From the IMG/VR virus record IMGVR_UViG_3300030118_002480, positions 1 through 52,095 of that record: a stretch of 52,095 nt of DNA; one strand, written 5' to 3'. This DNA comes from a virus. Its lineage: Duplodnaviria > Caudoviricetes. Made by a program: the position numbers and the translations under genes. This document shows, piece by piece, positions 18,501 through 28,300 of the stretch (the stretch's first letter is position 1; every line of letters begins with the position of its first letter). The notes under the pieces were generated by a model that saw nothing but the letters and a program-made list of their open reading frames with translations, did no database searches and had not been told where the DNA came from.

Positions 18501-19825
18501 TTAGATATGATGGTAGTTCTAATGCTGTGTTAAATTCTGTTAATGGAGCTGGAGATTTTACTATTTCTACTGTAGGTAATATACTTGGAACAGGCGTAAC
18601 TAATGAATTTACTTTAAAAAATGCAACAAGTGCAGGTGACCAATATGCGGTATTTGGAAATGGCAGTGAAGCTGTAACATTAACAAGTAAAAGCACGCAA
18701 GATATAAGATTAAATACTAACTCAGGAACTGATTCTGGCTTTCTTCATATAACAGATGGTGCAAATGGTTTAATTACTTTGCAACCAAATGGAACAGGGA
18801 CTTTATTGTTAGGTGTTAATGGAGGCGCTGTACAATTTGCAACTAATACATTTTTAGATTCTAACGGAAATCCATTGTTTGGAACAGCTGTAGCTTCAAG
18901 TGCTGTTAATAATGTAGAATTAGGTAACGCAGCTACAGGTAATGCTGTTACATTAAAAGCTACAGGAACAGATGCTAATGTACCACTTACAGTTTCTACT
19001 AAAGGAACAGGTAATATGATTTTAGAGGGCGGTGGAAATATTGAAGTAAATGCTGATGGCGGAAATATTACATTTAAAGATAATACTACAGAACTATTAA
19101 AAGTACAAGCCGAGGGTATCAGATTTCCAGACCAACATGGTATCCTTTTTAATGAAGATGATGTAGATAAAATTTATGGAGATGGCGATGACATAGTTAT
19201 TTCAAAAGACGATACTGATTTAATCTATATCAAGGATGATGAATTACAAACAGCATTGCCTTTAAAGGTAAAAGAATCAGCAGCAGCTGTATCAGATACT
19301 GCAGCATATGGTCAAATATGGATTAAAAATAACACTCCTAATGAACTTGCTTTTACAGATGATGCAGGTACAGATATTACTGGAATAGGTAAATATATGT
19401 ATGATATTCAATACGTTGGGTATTACTCTACATCAGCTGGTCCATCATACCTTCCAATAAATGGATATATATTTGAACAAACAAGTACGTCAGGAAGAAA
19501 TGAGTATATTGCTTTTGTAGCACCTTATAATGGGACATTAGAAAAAATTATGTGGAGAAGTGAAATTGCACAAGATGGAACATTTAGAAATTTAATTTGG
19601 GAATCTACAAATGGAACAGAGGTTCCAGGAACTATTCATGGCAGATGGGACCCAGTTGTTGATGTTGCAGATGATACTACTGTAGAATTTGATTATACTA
19701 CGACACCTACGAGTGGTACAAATGCTTTAACTAAAGGCAGAATATATGCTATTTCAATAGACCCAGTAACTGCTCCAAATGATACGAATGCTACAATAGT
19801 ATTTAAATGGGATATAACGTCATAA
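15533..19825 (+). CDS. Long tail fibre/receptor-binding protein
   Basis: Fibre repeats ELNILDGVTAT, GNVT, TATALETARNIGGVSFDGTANI, LTYNPSTG. Confidence 0.85.
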   Translation: MAVEIGDVLGGIGSGYSYRLIKAKDINVTEADALTSLTDADIFIVDDNAAGTQASTNKITAANMKTYFQTNVLATTVTVSDSTSNTNFPVVFHDESNALLDDTGALRYNPSTGTLLVPNLSVSGTTTQVDTVTMNAQNAVVFEGATPDDHETTLSIVDPTADRTQYLINQSGYIPLLQASTTTAITSTPEELNILDGVTATASELNILDGVTATATEINILDGLTASTTEINLLDGTTTGTVVASKTVAVDSNKDITGFRNITLTGELDAVSLDISGNVDIDGTLEADAITVDGVALTTYISNTVVNASLLASTVGVYANNSTNETVYPVFSDVATGNVGLESDTGLTYNPSTGLLTATAFSGNVTGNVTGNVTGSSGSTTGNAVTATALETARNIGGVSFDGTANIDLPGVNTGGTQNTTGRANTASTLANSRQIGGVPFDGSQNITLPGVNAAGNQNTSGNAATATALETARNIGGASFDGTADIDLPGVNTAGNQNTSGTAAVATDVTLTSYSGSDAQCFPVFGLNGAGNQSLNTDFSLQWNASSNVLTAPYFVGDLTGDVTGNVSGSSGSCTGNAATATLASTVTITDNENTNEINAIVFTSSGALEGGDLGLESDGNLTYNPASGTLTATVFSGALLGNASTASSASTITGGIQSNITTCVNLATVGTIGTGVWEGTNIAIAHGGTGASNSDDWLNSRITTNADGTLNYDATSATAPNHDSLAGFEPNEHIDWTGASAGTIHATNYTNTTYSVMDTNNSYAAGLVPGGNETHNDTYLRKDGTWAAPPTGTTITNYITNDADDTMEGTLTIDKDYSGTTGAVIKGLVVDADQTGSLASSQILQVTGIEVDIENDSNSHAGSSSIINYGAKINLDTSIAGGNGGANYGLHVTTTGANTSSSYGLFINNIDGGDDIKLRSSANNADYSTISTTTNGATTILTKDGTGELAHLTLDIDGDIELNADGGDIIFKDDTAPLATINSDGLTIRYDGSSNAVLNSVNGAGDFTISTVGNILGTGVTNEFTLKNATSAGDQYAVFGNGSEAVTLTSKSTQDIRLNTNSGTDSGFLHITDGANGLITLQPNGTGTLLLGVNGGAVQFATNTFLDSNGNPLFGTAVASSAVNNVELGNAATGNAVTLKATGTDANVPLTVSTKGTGNMILEGGGNIEVNADGGNITFKDNTTELLKVQAEGIRFPDQHGILFNEDDVDKIYGDGDDIVISKDDTDLIYIKDDELQTALPLKVKESAAAVSDTAAYGQIWIKNNTPNELAFTDDAGTDITGIGKYMYDIQYVGYYSTSAGPSYLPINGYIFEQTSTSGRNEYIAFVAPYNGTLEKIMWRSEIAQDGTFRNLIWESTNGTEVPGTIHGRWDPVVDVADDTTVEFDYTTTPTSGTNALTKGRIYAISIDPVTAPNDTNATIVFKWDITS
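16103..16258 (+). repeat. 4 x 39-bp coding tandem repeat (E[LI]N[IL]LDG...)
   Basis: Units start at 16103, 16142, 16181, 16220. Confidence 0.85.
16688..17047 (+). repeat. 3 x 120-bp coding tandem repeat (TATALETARNIGG.SFDGTA.I.LPGVN)
   Basis: Units start at 16688, 16808, 16928. Confidence 0.85.
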
Positions 19826-19832
19826 TTTTTAA

Positions 19833-19862
19833 TTGGTTTAATAAAGAGCAAAGTATTATATT
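19833..19862 (+). promoter_or_regulatory. Putative promoter for the ejection-protein operon
   Basis: TTGGTT-N18-TATATT, with TATAAT immediately after, in an AT-rich intergenic gap. Confidence 0.45.
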
Positions 19863-19894
19863 ATAATGATATTTTCTAATTAAAAGGAAGATTT

Positions 19895-20566
19895 ATGAAT
19901 TTAGAGCAAATACAGAATTGGGCACAAAATGGTCCTATGGCTAATGATAAACAAAGTTTATTATTACCTGCACTAAGTGTAGGGGCATCTCTTGCTGGTG
20001 GTCTTATGGCTATGAGAAAAAACCCAAACCGACCTATTACGCCAGGAGAAGTTGCAGGAGATTTATCTAGAAGCCAAGGCGTAGTCAATCAAATGCAAGC
20101 TGGTTATGGACAAATGCAAAGCATGGGTCAAGGATTAATGGACCCTAATAGCGCTATTAACCAACAACAACAACAGATGATTAGAAATCAATCTGCTGAC
20201 CAACTAGCTATGCAACATATGTTAGCTAGAAGACAGGCAGCAGCTATGGGACAAGATTCTGGTATTACAGCAGCTCAAAATAGAGCGATGCAATCACGAA
20301 TGGCTCAAGGTGCTATGCAGCAAAGTCAACAAGCTTTTATGCAGAATAGAATGCAAGGAATGGGCGTTCTCGGGCAATCTCAAGGACTATTAGGAAATAT
20401 CGGTAGAATGCAAATGGGTCTTGATGAAAACATTGCACAAGCTAGATTAGCTGAAAGAAACTATGAACAGCAAGAGTTTGAAAGAAGAAACATGGCAATG
20501 TCTAGTATGTTGGGTGGTATAGGTTCTGGTTTAATGGGTGCTTACGCACAAGGGATACCTAAATAA
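19895..20566 (+). CDS. Internal virion/ejection (pilot-like) protein
   Basis: Q/M/G/A-rich helical protein with Gly-rich hydrophobic ends. Confidence 0.65.
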   Translation: MNLEQIQNWAQNGPMANDKQSLLLPALSVGASLAGGLMAMRKNPNRPITPGEVAGDLSRSQGVVNQMQAGYGQMQSMGQGLMDPNSAINQQQQQMIRNQSADQLAMQHMLARRQAAAMGQDSGITAAQNRAMQSRMAQGAMQQSQQAFMQNRMQGMGVLGQSQGLLGNIGRMQMGLDENIAQARLAERNYEQQEFERRNMAMSSMLGGIGSGLMGAYAQGIPK

Positions 20567-21399
20567 TGGCTTTACAATTTGATATGTCTAAAAACAATTG
20601 GCAACAAGATGTAATGTTGCAAGAACAAATGCGTACTCTTGGTGAAAATTTAGGTGATGCTGGTGCAGTAGTTGGGCAAAAACTATTTCCAGAAGGTGGT
20701 AAAAATTTATTAACTAAAGCATTAAATATTCCAGGGGCAATTGGAGCTACTGGACTTGCAATAAAAAAAGGAACTAAAGGATTGCAAGAAAAAATTAAAG
20801 ACACTCGTCAAAACATATCTACTGGAATTAAAAACACAGGTAGAAAAGTTAAACAAGCAGCAGATACAGCTGTAGATTTATTTATAGGCGACAAAGATAT
20901 GCTTGACCAGTTTGAAGGTTCTCAAGATAGTCCATTAGTAAAAGCTTTAAAGCAGAGAAAATTAAAAAGATTGCAAAAACAAGCTAGAAAAAAATCTTTA
21001 ATTCCATCAACAGAAATGTCTGATAAATATGTTACTGAAAGACCTCAAGATGTTGAATTTGGAGATGTTGATTTTGGGTTGCCAAGTGAAATGTATAGAA
21101 AACAAATTCCTATGCCTGGTCTTGAACCTCTTCCAGAGTTTGAAGCTCCTATTCCTAGACCTGCTAAAGAATTATACACTATACCAGCTGAAATAGAAGC
21201 TAAGAGAAAAAGAGATGTAAATAAAATGCCATTTAATCCTGGTGCTTTATATAGTAGTAAGGAAGCTGAAGCTAGGGGCGCATTAATGAATCAAATTTAT
21301 GGTCCATTGCAATCTTTGATAATGCAACAACCAAATAATCTTCCAAAAACAACGAGAACTGATGGTGCGATGGACATGAGAGTTAACAATCCATATTAG
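20566..21399 (+). CDS. Putative internal virion protein
   Basis: Position in the ejection operon; K/P-rich. Confidence 0.5.
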   Translation: MALQFDMSKNNWQQDVMLQEQMRTLGENLGDAGAVVGQKLFPEGGKNLLTKALNIPGAIGATGLAIKKGTKGLQEKIKDTRQNISTGIKNTGRKVKQAADTAVDLFIGDKDMLDQFEGSQDSPLVKALKQRKLKRLQKQARKKSLIPSTEMSDKYVTERPQDVEFGDVDFGLPSEMYRKQIPMPGLEPLPEFEAPIPRPAKELYTIPAEIEAKRKRDVNKMPFNPGALYSSKEAEARGALMNQIYGPLQSLIMQQPNNLPKTTRTDGAMDMRVNNPY

Positions 21400-21407
21400 A
21401 GGAACAT

Positions 21408-22316
21408 ATGAAATTAAGTGAAGCTATAGCACAACGACAACAAAACGCAGAAAATCAATTCTTTACTAATCTGATGCAATTTGGCATGAACAATGACCCT
21501 GTATTTGATACTAGTGGCGATACACCTGTATACAAAGGCGATTCTATGCCGTTGCCATCAAAAACAGAAATTTGGAATCAGTATGTGCAAATTAAAGGCG
21601 GTAGACTATCGCCTCAAGATTTAGGATTATTTGAACAATACTACAATTCAGTAGTTGCAGCTAAAGAACAAAATACTTTAAAGGGATTACAAAATCTTGC
21701 TAATAGAGGCTATGAAGCAAAAGATATACGTAAGATAGTAAAGGACACTCCAGACTTATACAATAATTTATTAGACATGATTAGCGATGCAGAAGCTACA
21801 CAAACTCCTGAAGGATTACAACAAGCAGCTGCTATTAAATCATTTATACCATTAGATGAAGATGAAAGTTTACTTTCAAGAGCATCAGAATTTGTTTCAG
21901 AAAATCCTATTAAAACAGGATTTGGTGCTTATGGTGCTTTAAGAGGTGGGGAATATCTTTTATCTGGTAAATCAAAAGGTATTGGAAAAACATTAGGACT
22001 TGAAGATGTTAGTAAAAAGAAAACACCTAAGTCTAAAGCTAAAGCTAGAATAAAAAATATTAGAAAATTAACTCCTAAAGTAGGAACATCATTAATTGCT
22101 AGCGCTGTTGCGCCAAGTCTAGGTGAAGCAGTAGCAGGTGAAACAGGCAGAGAAGTAGGAGAATATGTTGGTGGTGGTTTAATGACTGCCGCAGGAGTAA
22201 GAGGATTATTAGGTTTGACATCTAAAGTTCCTCATCCTATAGCTAAAGGCCTTGGATATGGTGGATTAGCTGCTATGGGACTATACGACTTATATAATAC
22301 TGCAACAGAAGAATAA
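21408..22316 (+). CDS. Putative ejection protein
   Basis: Gly-rich hydrophobic C-terminal helices; precedes the giant virion protein. Confidence 0.55.
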   Translation: MKLSEAIAQRQQNAENQFFTNLMQFGMNNDPVFDTSGDTPVYKGDSMPLPSKTEIWNQYVQIKGGRLSPQDLGLFEQYYNSVVAAKEQNTLKGLQNLANRGYEAKDIRKIVKDTPDLYNNLLDMISDAEATQTPEGLQQAAAIKSFIPLDEDESLLSRASEFVSENPIKTGFGAYGALRGGEYLLSGKSKGIGKTLGLEDVSKKKTPKSKAKARIKNIRKLTPKVGTSLIASAVAPSLGEAVAGETGREVGEYVGGGLMTAAGVRGLLGLTSKVPHPIAKGLGYGGLAAMGLYDLYNTATEE

Positions 22317-22319
22317 TTT

Positions 22320-25300
22320 ATGGCTGAGTTCCAACCACGATTGGATGAGCGTACTGTAAGAACATTAATTGATTCTTATAAAAAGAATCCAGACGCTTAT
22401 GCAAACCTTAAAGACACAATACAGCAACACGCTGACTATCACAATATACCTTTCTATAGCGGTGAATTTAGTATATCTGATGCATTAACAGACCTTGGCT
22501 CAGGGTTTATAGAAGGTTTTACTACATTAAAAGTAGGCGACACTCCAGACAACGAATACGAAGCAATCTTTAAAAACCTAGGGCATTTAGCTGGTTTTGC
22601 GCCTGGTATTATAGGAGCGCCATTAGGTGCTGCTGCTAAAGTATCTGCTAAGTTAGGACTTAAAACTACATCTCTTATGACGGCAGCTAATACTGCTCGT
22701 TCATTAAATAACAAATCTGTTCCTATGGCTGTTGCTAATTTTGCAACTAAACAAACAAAAAAAATTGTTAAACCATTTCTAAATCAAGGTAGACTGGCTA
22801 AAAATGATGCAGTAAGGACTGCTAGTAATTTTATATTAGGTGAAAGAGCTAGACATATAGCTGAAGGTGCATTTCATTTAGGAGCAGCATCAGCAGCATC
22901 AGCTTGGCAAGGTGGTGTTGATGAAATGATGGCTGCATTTGTAGGTGGTGCACAAGCTGGTGGTGTATTTAGAAGCATAGGTAACTTTGTTAATACTGGA
23001 AGTGAAGCTGGCAATAAAGTAGCTAAGACATTAGCGGGTTCATTGTTTATGGGATTACCTGCTACTATGAGAGGTGCAACTACACCCGAACAAGTATATG
23101 AGTATGTTATGGGTGCTTGGTTTGGTGGACAAGAACGACCATGGACTGTAGCTAAAGCACAAAAGTTTTCACAAAAATATGAAAAAGATGCACAAAAACC
23201 TGGCAACGAAGCATTGGTTGAAATATATGACCCTGCTAGACATCCTGAGTTTAGTAAATTACCACCTGAAGTACAAAAAGAAGTAGTTACTCAGTTTAAT
23301 CAAACTAGAGGAACTGTAGAAGAACAGGTTCAACGAACAGCTGCTAATGAATTACAAAGACAATTAAATATAGAAACAGAAAAACTATTAGAGCAAGAAG
23401 GTGTGCCTAAAGTAGAAGTTAAAACTGAGCCTACTAAAATAGTAGAGAAAGAAAAAGAAGTATTTGAGACTGGTAGTACAGAAGAAAGTAACGTAGGCGT
23501 AGAACCCACTATAGACCCAAAAATAGGTAATAAAGCTCAGAACATAGTTAGATTTGATATGCCTGATTTCTTTAAAGGTAAAGAATTAACATCTCAACAA
23601 AGATTAGACCAGACAGCTGAGATAACAACTAAGATGTCTAATATATTAGACAAATACGTTAGAGGTCCCAAAACTAATGAGTCATCGGATGCATTTAAAG
23701 AAGTGCAAGAGATGTTACAAAAAGATTATAAATATCAAATTAACAATTCTAATAGAGACCCAGAAAGAGTATTGCGTACAGAAGGTGATATAAGGCAGTT
23801 TATTACTCGATATAAAAACGACAAGGTTACAGAAGTACTTACGACAGATGGTAGCAATATATACTTTTTAACACAACAGAACGCTAAGAATTTAGCAGGT
23901 AATAAAAAAGTATTAACAGAGCCATTAAAAATAGCTGACCAAATATGGAAGAAGTTAACTGGTAAAGATGAGCGTGCGCATACGTTTCTTGACCATATAG
24001 TTGTAGAGGGTGAAAATGGTCAACGTGAAATATCATTACAGAAGCTTAAGCAGATGGAGTACGCAGAGTACGGCGGTGCAAAAGATTACTATAATTTAGT
24101 AGGCAGCACTATAAAAGAAATGAATAAAAAAGGTTATAGTTATTTTGGTGGTAAGGGTACTGCAGATAGGCTATACTTTATGAAACACCATCCTAAAAGC
24201 AACACCGCTGGTAATATGCGAACTATTATATCTCAATTTAAAGCATCAGATATTCGTGCGCTTAGAAATGATTTTAAGAAAAAATATAATTTAACTCAAG
24301 CTGAGTTTGACAGGGGATTTGCATCTAATGTATTATGGCAGTTAGAAATGAATGGTTTAGAGTTTACACCTGCTAATATTAAAAAGATGCAAGGCGATGG
24401 GTTTTTAAAGAATGCAATAGCATTTAATAAAAGACTACCACTATTAATGACAGATGCATATTCTGCTGAAAAAGAGTTTTTTACTAACAAACAAAGCCCT
24501 GGGTACATAGCTGATTTAGTAGAGGGTAATTTTAGATACAATATTATACCTGATTTTGGTCAAAACTTATCTAAACGTTTACAAGATAAAATGAAAGAAG
24601 CAGCTAAGTTTTCAGACATAGAATCTACTAAAACAGAAGAACATCTTGATGGAGCTATCATAGCTAGAGACGATGTAGTAAAAGCCTTGAATTTAGAAAA
24701 AGGTACGCCTGAGTCTGGTACCAATAAATCATTAATAGTATCTCCTAATGCTGAACACGGTGCATTGCTTGGTAAATATGCAATACACCCAGCAGGACCT
24801 AAGTTATCAGCAGAAATGAAAGATGCTAATATACATATGAATATTATGGCATCTGCTGTTAAACAAAAAGGCACAAGAGAGTTTTATGAAGTATATGATT
24901 TAGACCCTACACATATCAAACAAGATTTAGGCATAAAGCAAAGTAAAAAGTTTATTGCACCGCAAAGTATCAAGAAACAAATGCTTACTAATTTAGTAGA
25001 AGCTATGGCGTTTCAAAAAGCATCTAAGGATGGTTTTACTGTTAAAGAAGCAGTTGATGGTATATTTAAAGATTTTATGGAACCACGTATTAAAGGTGAT
25101 GCAAAAGCTAATGAAGCATTAGATGCGTATTTAGAAAAACTTCCCACAGCATCAGATAAACAATTAGCTAAAGAACTAGATAAGTTAGACTTTGATGCTA
25201 TTGGGCTAGAACGTATAACAGATGCAATGAAACAACCTGGCAATCAATTGTTTTCTAAGGCATTTTATAACTATTTATTGTTAAATAGAAAATCTGCTAT

Positions 25301-28300
25301 AAGAGAAGAGTATGCTGAAGGTGTAATGACAGAAGCAGAATACGATGCAAATAATAGGGAAGTTGAGTATTATCATTCTGTTGCACAAAAGATGATATCA
25401 GCTGCACGTAAAGACGCTATTAGACGTGGTAAACCAGAGAATGAAGCTAACATATTTACGCATCCAGATATAAACAAATATAGAGATAAGATGATGTCTA
25501 GCTGGATAGTAAACTCTGTTACTAAACCAAAGGTTAAAAACTCTGCTGCAGCTATTATTAGACCATACGATGAAGGATTACAGAAAGATTTAGATGGCGT
25601 TAATCCTAGATTAAAAGAATTAAATACAAATTCTAAAATATTCTTCCTTGGAGATAAACATAAAAAGAAAATTGTTGAAACAGAGCTATATGGAGAGAAA
25701 ACACTCGAAGAGCTATATAACACGTACTTAAGTAAAAGTACTCCAGAATCGGCTAAAAAACGGCTAGAAGAGGTTTTTAGGACTGCAGTTATAAGAGTTC
25801 CAGCAGATTCTAACTCTGGTACACAGATACTGCAGTTTGCTGGATTTACTGGTAGAAATGACTATGGCATACTAATGCATGGGTTAAAAATGAGAGCGTT
25901 AGGTGGTGCTGACCTTGATATTGATTCTGCGTATATGTATTTTGGTGGTAAAGGTGGATTGAAAAAAGAATACAAAGATGTAATGGAAGCTCAAGAACAA
26001 GAGTTTTATGTTAAACAGAAAGATGGTAGATTTAAAATAGCTGATAACAAAGCTAAAGAGTTTGAGAAAAAGCTTATACAAGAATATAGCCCAAGAGAAG
26101 ACGCGTTATTTAAAAGTCAGGCTGGTATGTTTGCGCCTAATATGCGACATCAAGCATCAGAAGGTGCTGTAGAAGGTAGAGGACTTCTTGGTGGAGCTGC
26201 TGTTAATCCTAAAAACATTATGGCATCTGCATATCAAATGATACTTAATAAAGGTAAAGATGAATTTACTGTTAAGCATTTTGGTAAAGATGTAAAAGTA
26301 ACTCTTACCCCTAAAACTAAACCTCAAGAAATAGATTACGCAAATAAACTAATGCGTGCTACTGTTGGATTTGCATCTGATGCTATGGATTATGGTAAGC
26401 CTAAAGGTTATGAGAATTGGTATAAACAAGCATTAGAAGCTCACTTTACTGTTAAATCAAAAGTGCCATTAGCTAAGCTAAATGTTTCAGAGTTTAATAA
26501 AAATGGCGTTATTGGTATGCTAAGTAAAGCTAATAATGCATACTATGGCAAAGATTATACAAATCAACGTCAATATACTATGGAAGATAGAAAGAATCTT
26601 ACAGCAGAACTTATGGCTGAAGACCCAAAGAATATTACTACTATGACGCCTAAAATAGCTAGGTTATTGCATAATATAGATTACTCTGACCACGCATTAA
26701 ATAGGGTAAAATTTGATAGAATAACAGATTTATATAATAACTATAACAAAAGTGTAGCTGAGTATAGTTCTTTAAAAGGTATGTTAGGAAGAAGAACATT
26801 AAAAACACCTACTCCTACAGTAATTAATAAAGTGTATAAATACAATTTATTAAACCCTGATGCATTAGTTGCAGCTGCTAAAAACAAAGCTACCTTTTAC
26901 GATGTTATAAAAGGAACTAAGTTTGCTACATTTAAAAAGGCAAAAAATAAACTTTACACAGAACAAGAACGCATTGCTGTATTAGAACGATTAAAAGAAC
27001 AGGCTGGTGATTTTTCTGGTAGAGACATACAAACAATGGTTACTGTACAAGAACTTGTAAAAATTATAGATGTTGTAAAGAAAAGAGTTCCTGGTATTAC
27101 AAAAGCTGAAGTAAATGCAATGATAAAAGATGCGCATACTACAGTAGAAAAATTAAAAGCAGAATCATATTTAATGAGAGATGATAGGAATAGTTTAGAT
27201 GCTGAGCTTGATAGTGGAAGACAAAGAAAGTCTAAAGGCTCATCTATTAAAGACCAAAATGCTATTGATGCAGAAATAAGAAAATGGAAACGTAATAGAA
27301 CTGACATAGAAAAAAGATTGTTTGATACATTAATGTTAGGTTCATTGAATCGTGGTAATCCTGAAAGGTTAGCAGAACTAAACGCAATTAAACTAGAAAG
27401 ACCTTTAACTAATAAAGAACAAAGAGAATATAATACAGAGCTTACAAATACAGCAAGAACGTCATCATCTATGCTGGGATACAACAGCGAAGCTATGGAA
27501 ACTAATTCTATTGGAAAGTTTTTAGGTGAAATAAACAATACATACAACGAAGTATCTACTCATCGTGCACCAGAACAAATACGAAAAGAAGGAACTATAC
27601 TATTAGAAGAACCTACTAAAAAAGAAAGCATTGAAAAAGGATGGCCTGAGGAATCTGATGCTAAACTAACAGAAGTATTTACTACTGGATGGGAAGGCGT
27701 TAAAGAAGCTAAAGGCAAAACTAAATTAGATGCTGAGACTAAAGGGTATATTGATGACATTGTAATGGATTTAAAAACAGAAAACAATAAAGTAGTACAA
27801 AACATTGGGTTCATTGCACGTGAAGTTGTAGGCAAAGACATAAATATATTTAATAAACAAGATTGGATGGTACTTCGCAATTGGCTTAGAGACACTAAGA
27901 CTGGTACTTTTTGGCAACGATTAAAAGGTGAGGATATTAGCAAAGTATCACAGCGTACATACTTACAGTTTCCTGAAACGATTAATAAAGAATTAATGCG
28001 AGATGAAATAGTTCTGATGCAAAAGAAGGGTATATTTATGACAGCAGAAGGTATGAAGACTGGTAAGTCTATACTACCTACTCAGTACATGGACATTACT
28101 CAATATAGAATTAAAAGCGTGTTAGATGCAGCAGACGCAGCAAATGAACAGCTATCTTTAGAACGAGTAAAAGAATATACGTTTTTAGATGCTATACCTG
28201 AAGGCAGACAATTATGGGAAGTAGCTATGGTTAAACGAGAACTTCCTATGGCAGAAAAGATTTTAACAGATGTAAGTAAAAAAGATAAGCCTCTTGCTAT